The notes under the pieces are model-generated. The model ran no database searches, was not told the origin of the DNA, and worked only from the letters and a program-made list of their open reading frames with translations. This document shows, piece after piece, positions 59,376-64,000 of a stretch of 64,000 nt of DNA; within the stretch, counting starts at the first letter, position 1; each line of letters starts with the position of its first letter. The position numbers were made by a program, and so were the translations under genes. This DNA comes from Chloroflexota bacterium (GTDB taxonomy: Bacteria > Chloroflexota > Anaerolineae > UBA4142): the NCBI GenBank assembly GCA_016215025.1, contig JACRMI010000182.1, forward strand, positions 2,864-66,863, written 5' to 3'.

Positions 59376-59573
59376 ATGGATAGAAAATTACTTGGCGAAT
59401 ATCTGCTCGACGAACGGTCAATCACACAGCAACAATTGGAGCGGGCGCTTCAAACACAGGCAATGCAAAACCCCGCCGCTAATCCACCCCTCATTGGAAC
59501 CATCCTCGTCGAAATGGGTGCGCTCAACCATGACGAACTCAAGCGCGTACTCGATAGACAACAACAGGATTGA
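59376..59573 (+). CDS. Stand-alone MshEN-like protein (65 aa)
   Basis: Two 24-aa motifs, LLGEYLLDERSITQQQLERALQTQ and LIGTILVEMGALNHDELKRVLDRQ; RBS gaggt; TATAAT upstream. Confidence 0.72.
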   Translation: MDRKLLGEYLLDERSITQQQLERALQTQAMQNPAANPPLIGTILVEMGALNHDELKRVLDRQQQD

Positions 59574-59846
59574 CAATCGATGGTGTAGAATTCCATCGAT
59601 CTAAACAAAGAGAATGGACGCGGTTTGACTGTGCAGGTTCTTGCACAGTCACGCGTCCATTCTTGCTTAATAGCTCAGGGGTTACCCCATTGATGCGTGG
59701 AGTTGAGTAACAAAAAATTTCAATAATTACGATTGCATTACAATAGTTACAAATCACCAAGTACTTTAATACCATATCGCTTGACGCATTTTTTTGTTAC
59801 AAAGAAATCAAAGAGATTTGTTGATCCAAAGAGGGATGATTCAAAA

Positions 59847-59951
59847 ATGAAGTTCACTCCATCGCACTCTCTCAGCCTAGTTGAGTACGTCCCGTTCGTC
59901 GTCGTCATTGTGGTAGTCGTCATTGCTATTCTTTGGTGGTTCCATCCCTAA
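59847..59951 (+). CDS. 34-aa Flp-pilin-like membrane peptide
   Basis: MKFTPSHSLSLVEYVPFVVVIVVVVIAILWWFHP: SLVEY followed by a hydrophobic helix. Confidence 0.4.
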   Translation: MKFTPSHSLSLVEYVPFVVVIVVVVIAILWWFHP

Positions 59952-60040
59952 GTTGGGATTGCATTCTTCTCTAATTCCTGGATCACAATAGGTGGGACTG
60001 TTCAAAGGAACTCGCACGCTGGCAATAACTTGCAATGCAA

Positions 60041-60077
60041 TCGCCCGACCAATTGCAATTGGTCGGGCGATCTTTTT
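60041..60077. terminator. Hairpin terminator between converging units
   Basis: tcgcccgaccaattgcaattggtcgggcga followed by tcttttt. Confidence 0.65.
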
Positions 60078-60093
60078 CTACCTTTCGCTTACG

Positions 60094-61095
60094 CTACGAA
60101 ATCGTCGTAACTATCACGCGTTTTGCGCCAGCTTTCAGCAACGCACGCTGAACCCTATCTTGGGTAACCCCATCTACCAACGCAATCACGTTGCCACCGC
60201 GTCCCCCACCCGAAAGTTTTGCGCCGCGTGCGCCCGCCGTCGTCGCTGCCAGCACCAGCCGTTCAATATCCGACGACGAGACGCCAATCTGCCTCAGCAA
60301 AATCTGATTGTTGCGCATGAGCGCACCTAAACGATTCACCTCGCCGTTTTCAATTGCCTTTCGTGCCTTTCGCGTTATTTCGGCTATTTCGTCAAACAGC
60401 GATTCATACGTGGCACGGTTCGCTTCCCACGCCCGCCGAACATCGCCCACCGCGATTTTGGTCGGCGCGGCGATGCCGGTATCGGCAATCGCAATCGTGA
60501 AGGGCTGCGCCACGCGAAACGATTCGATCGGATTTCCTTTTGTGAAATAGACCGGTTGCTCGAACGCAATCACCGTGTTGTCGATTCCGCTTGGCGTGCC
60601 ATGATGCAGTTTCTCAACTTCGTATGCCAAATCTGAAATGTCCTGCGATGATAATTGGACGCGGAGTACCGCGGATGAACGCGGATTAAAATCATTTTTC
60701 CGTGTTTGTCCGCGTTTGTCTGCGTCCAATTCACTCAAAAATTTGCCTAGCGCACGCGCGATGGCCACCGAGACCGCTGCGCCGCTCCCTAACCCACCAC
60801 CAATCGGCAAGGTTGAATGGATACGCACAGAGAAATTTTCCGGCTCGACGCTGAGACGCGCGCACGTTAGCCGAATGATCGTCGCAATGGGATCGCCTTC
60901 GCGCGCTTCGCTCAAAGCGTACGTGCGCTTTAGATCGATGGCATCGATGACCACTTTGCCATCGTCGCGCGCTTGTACCGTCGCTTCGGCATGAACTTGG
61001 AATACTGGGACGGCAATCGCAGGACGATCATACACGACGGCATGTTCGCCAAAGAGAATTATTTTGCCTGGTGCGGTTGCATTGGTCAAGCGCAA
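60094..61095 (-). CDS. mvk: Mevalonate kinase (with in-frame palindromic insertion)
   Basis: APGKIILFGEHAVVY, P.GGGLGSGAA, HGTPSGID, GAKLSGGGRGG. Confidence 0.93.
   Translation of the reverse strand: MRLTNATAPGKIILFGEHAVVYDRPAIAVPVFQVHAEATVQARDDGKVVIDAIDLKRTYALSEAREGDPIATIIRLTCARLSVEPENFSVRIHSTLPIGGGLGSGAAVSVAIARALGKFLSELDADKRGQTRKNDFNPRSSAVLRVQLSSQDISDLAYEVEKLHHGTPSGIDNTVIAFEQPVYFTKGNPIESFRVAQPFTIAIADTGIAAPTKIAVGDVRRAWEANRATYESLFDEIAEITRKARKAIENGEVNRLGALMRNNQILLRQIGVSSSDIERLVLAATTAGARGAKLSGGGRGGNVIALVDGVTQDRVQRALLKAGAKRVIVTTIS
60653..60731. repeat. 79-bp palindromic element inserted in frame in mvk
   Basis: Perfect 10-bp terminal inverted repeat aattggacgc/gcgtccaatt enclosing three cgcgga-like and three tccgcg-like units. 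Confidence 0.85.
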
Positions 61096-61181
61096 TTCCT
61101 TATGGTAGAATAGGGGCCAGTCAAACCGGTGGCAAGTGTAGCATAATTCATCGGGATTGCCAATCGGTGACGGAGGAGAGG

Positions 61182-62525
61182 ATGGAATCGATGCTTTTCA
61201 CGATCCTAAATTTGGTGGTCGCGGCATTTTTGATTTTCGCAAATGCCTTTTTCGTCGCCGCCGAATTTTCGCTGGTCAGCGTTCGCCGGACCCGCATCGA
61301 GGAATTGGTTGCAGAGGGGAGCAGCTCAGCGCAAACCGTCAAGCAAGCTATCCGTGACCCAGATCGTTTTATTGCGGCAACGCAATTGGGAATCACCATG
61401 GCAAGTTTGGGGCTTGGCTGGATCGGCGAGCCAGCGATTGCCCACCTGATTGAACCGCTCTTTGGATTTCTATCCGCCGAATGGGCTGCACCCGCCACTC
61501 ACGCCTTTGCCGCCGGGGCCATTGCTTTTACCCTAATTACATTTCTGCACGTCGTGATCGGCGAGCTTGCTCCCAAATCCATCGCGCTCGGTTACCCTGA
61601 GCAAACGGCACTTAGAATCGCCAAGCCAACTCTCCTGTTTGAGACTATTTTTCGTCCTGCTATTTGGATCCTGAACGGCACGGGTAATTGGCTCGTTGGC
61701 CTGGTCGGTCTGCGCCGTCCTAGTGGTCATCAATTCGTTCACTCGGTCGAAGAATTGAAAATGCTCGTGAGTGCGAGTACTGAATCGGGCGAGCTGGAAC
61801 CGCACGAAAAGGAAATGCTCCACAACGTATTCGAGTTCGACGACAAGCTTGTACGCGAAGTGATGATTCCACGCACTGAAATGGTCGCCATTGAGGAAAA
61901 CACAACCGCTGCCGATCTTTTGCAGACCTTTAGCGAACATCCGCACACACGCTTTCCCATTTACACTGAAAGTGTTGACCGCATCACCGGCTTTCTGGCG
62001 ATCAAAGATGTGCTGCGCGCGATTTCGGAACACGGCGCGAAGGCGCTCGACGAATACGTCAAGACGCTCGCACGTCCCATCCTCTTCGTACCCGAATCGA
62101 AACACATTGGCGCGCTCTTCGCCGAAATGAAAGCGCAAAAGACCACGGTCGCCATCGTCATCGACGAATTTGGCGGCACGGCAGGAATGGTTACCGACGA
62201 TCAATTGATCGAAGAAATCGTCGGACGCGTGGCGGACGGCTTGAGCGGCGAAGAAAAAGCTATCGAGACGATTGACGAAAACACCGCGCAGATCGATGCC
62301 CACTTGCGCATCGACGAAGCGAATGAGCAATTGAAAATTGATTTGCCGAAAGATGATAATTACGAAACGGTCGCGGGCTTGATTCTGTTCACCCTCCGCC
62401 GAATCCCTAAAGAGGGCGACGCACTCAAAATCGACAATGTGAAACTAACCGTTATGGAAATGTCAGGACCGAAAATCGACAAGGTGATGGTCAAGCGCGT
62501 GAATGGAGAGCCTCATGCCGCCTGA
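61182..62525 (+). CDS. Hemolysin-family HlyC/CorC (CNNM) protein
   Basis: NAFFVAAEF, QLGIT, GELAPK, CBS pair, DEFGGTAG and C-terminal CorC domain; RBS ggagg. Confidence 0.92.
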   Translation: MESMLFTILNLVVAAFLIFANAFFVAAEFSLVSVRRTRIEELVAEGSSSAQTVKQAIRDPDRFIAATQLGITMASLGLGWIGEPAIAHLIEPLFGFLSAEWAAPATHAFAAGAIAFTLITFLHVVIGELAPKSIALGYPEQTALRIAKPTLLFETIFRPAIWILNGTGNWLVGLVGLRRPSGHQFVHSVEELKMLVSASTESGELEPHEKEMLHNVFEFDDKLVREVMIPRTEMVAIEENTTAADLLQTFSEHPHTRFPIYTESVDRITGFLAIKDVLRAISEHGAKALDEYVKTLARPILFVPESKHIGALFAEMKAQKTTVAIVIDEFGGTAGMVTDDQLIEEIVGRVADGLSGEEKAIETIDENTAQIDAHLRIDEANEQLKIDLPKDDNYETVAGLILFTLRRIPKEGDALKIDNVKLTVMEMSGPKIDKVMVKRVNGEPHAA

Positions 62526-64000
62526 ACCGCAAAAGACACCCAAAGTTCTAGCGCTCTATCTAGAGCTTTCGCAATATCCGATTCTTGCGCCGACGATTCG
62601 CGCGCGCATGAGACAAGAACTGTTCACGCGCGGCGTCATCACGCGCGAAGCGTTTGAAGCCGAAGTGCAGACCAAAGCACGTCATTCGCAGCAACTCGAA
62701 GGGCTGATCGATCCCATCGCGCAAGAACCACCCGATGTGTGGGATCGCCGTCAGCAGCAAACACGCGACAACCTCACCGATTTTTATTTTGCGTACAACT
62801 TGCCGCACGACTTGTTCAAAGACATTGTGCAAGCGACCATCGCCCAGCGCAATCCAAATCAAAAAGTGATTCTGACATTCAATCCCGAACTTGCGCCTAT
62901 CGATATGGTCTTGCAGCGCGGCGAAGAATTTGAAGCGCTGCCACCCGCCGAGCGCGCGCAAGTGAAACATCACCTTCAAGAAATCATTGTCGTCTTGCTC
63001 AAGACCGTCGTCAGCGATCAACTTTCCTTTATTCGCGTCGCGAAAGAATGGTTTACGGTTCCCGACATTCGCGAGATTCGCAAGCATCGCATCGGCGATG
63101 GCAAGATCGGCGGCAAAGCGGCGGGCATGTTGCTCGCGTGGAAGATTTTACAACATCAGGCAGCTGAGGATGGTTGGAACCTCACCGACTATGTAACATT
63201 GCCTGAATCGTACTATATCGGCGCGAACATTCTGTACGAATTCAATTTGCAGAATGGTTTGTTTTTCTCGGTCGATCAAAAATACAAACCGCGCGAAGAA
63301 ATCGAAGATGATTACCCTGGCATCGTCAAAGCGTATCTCAATGCGCGTTTCCCCCTGGATGCTAACGAGCGACTACGAGAGTTGCTCGAAAAGATGGGCC
63401 GCACGCCGCTCATCGTTCGCTCGTCGAGTTTGCTCGAAGATAATTTCGGAACATCGTTCGCGGGCAAGTATGAAAGTTTCTTTTTGCCGAACCAAGGCAC
63501 CGTTCACGAAAATCTCGACGAACTCATCGCTGCGGTCAAACGCATCTACGCCAGCGTGCTCAGTCCCGATCCGCTCGTTTATCGCCGCCGCATGGGTCTG
63601 CTCGATTATGACGAACGCATGGCAATTTTGATCCAGCCCGTCCAAGGTGATCGACATGGACGCTACATTTATCCGACGCTCGCAGGTGTTGGTTACAGCC
63701 GCAATCCGTTTCGCTGGAATCCGCAGATTCGGCGCGAGGATGGTTTCCTCCGACTCGTGTGGGGACTCGGCACGCGCGCGGTGGATCGCGTCGATAATGA
63801 TTTTCCGCGCATGGTCGCGCTCAGTCATCCGAACTTGCGTCCCGACTCGGGCGCAAGCGAAGTGCGACGTCATTCTCAGCACTATGTCGATTTGATCGAT
63901 TTGGAGACGAATGAATTCACTACGCGCCGAGTTTCCGAAACCATCTCACCCGATGACGCTGCATTGCCTTACCTCGCGTCAGAAGATCACGGCGATTACA
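62515..64000 (+). CDS. PEP/pyruvate-binding domain protein (PEP synthase/PPDK-like), 3'-truncated, absent from ORF track
   Basis: Manual translation from ATG 62515: MPPEPQKTPKVLALYLELSQYP...GKIGGKAAGMLLA...PLIVRSSSLLEDNFGTSFAGKYES...RLVWGLGTRAV, running off the window end. Confidence 0.85.
   Translation, partial: MPPEPQKTPKVLALYLELSQYPILAPTIRARMRQELFTRGVITREAFEAEVQTKARHSQQLEGLIDPIAQEPPDVWDRRQQQTRDNLTDFYFAYNLPHDLFKDIVQATIAQRNPNQKVILTFNPELAPIDMVLQRGEEFEALPPAERAQVKHHLQEIIVVLLKTVVSDQLSFIRVAKEWFTVPDIREIRKHRIGDGKIGGKAAGMLLAWKILQHQAAEDGWNLTDYVTLPESYYIGANILYEFNLQNGLFFSVDQKYKPREEIEDDYPGIVKAYLNARFPLDANERLRELLEKMGRTPLIVRSSSLLEDNFGTSFAGKYESFFLPNQGTVHENLDELIAAVKRIYASVLSPDPLVYRRRMGLLDYDERMAILIQPVQGDRHGRYIYPTLAGVGYSRNPFRWNPQIRREDGFLRLVWGLGTRAVDRVDNDFPRMVALSHPNLRPDSGASEVRRHSQHYVDLIDLETNEFTTRRVSETISPDDAALPYLASEDHGDY

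Overview
This is a gene-dense chromosomal window of about 66 CDS, with no rRNA, tRNA, CRISPR array, transposase, integrase or phage gene that I can recognise. Gene content (mevalonate kinase, DUF5656-like and DUF3786-like proteins, Thr/Pro-linker lipoproteins, CxxxY-type CcmE, MacAB without TolC) suggests a Chloroflexota, Anaerolineae-like bacterium; that assignment is inference. Main blocks in order: mutM and an acyl-CoA dehydrogenase; a long minus-strand run (patatin, CDF, CBS, alkyl-DHAP-synthase-like flavoprotein, glpABC, glpD, methyltransferase, Fe-S protein, MFS, prs); an ArsR-SQR-DUF1641-TusE-DsrE sulfur operon; an ECF sigma locus with a divergent cupredoxin operon; ccmE-ccmF-zinc ribbon-ccmC-ccmD; MacAB-like, PD40 and DUF5666 genes; polar and LIV amino-acid ABC transporters; a CGNR/ABATE protein followed by a Gly-rich repeat surface protein; ornithine cyclodeaminase-family, DAO-family and M28 peptidase genes; prepilin peptidase, recN, PAP2, a stand-alone MshEN-like protein, a Flp-like peptide, mvk, hlyC and a PEP-synthase-like gene. 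The most unusual signals are: (i) many distinct palindromic repeat families in the intergenic gaps, at least one and probably three of which have entered housekeeping genes in frame (mvk, glpA, recN); (ii) a shared CTAACC-N18-GGTT box at the promoters of the CGNR protein and its downstream Gly-rich gene; (iii) twin divergent ECF promoters; (iv) an 84-bp element duplicated on either side of the MacAB module; (v) a candidate ether-lipid cluster. Product calls come from motif recognition by eye, not from database searches.
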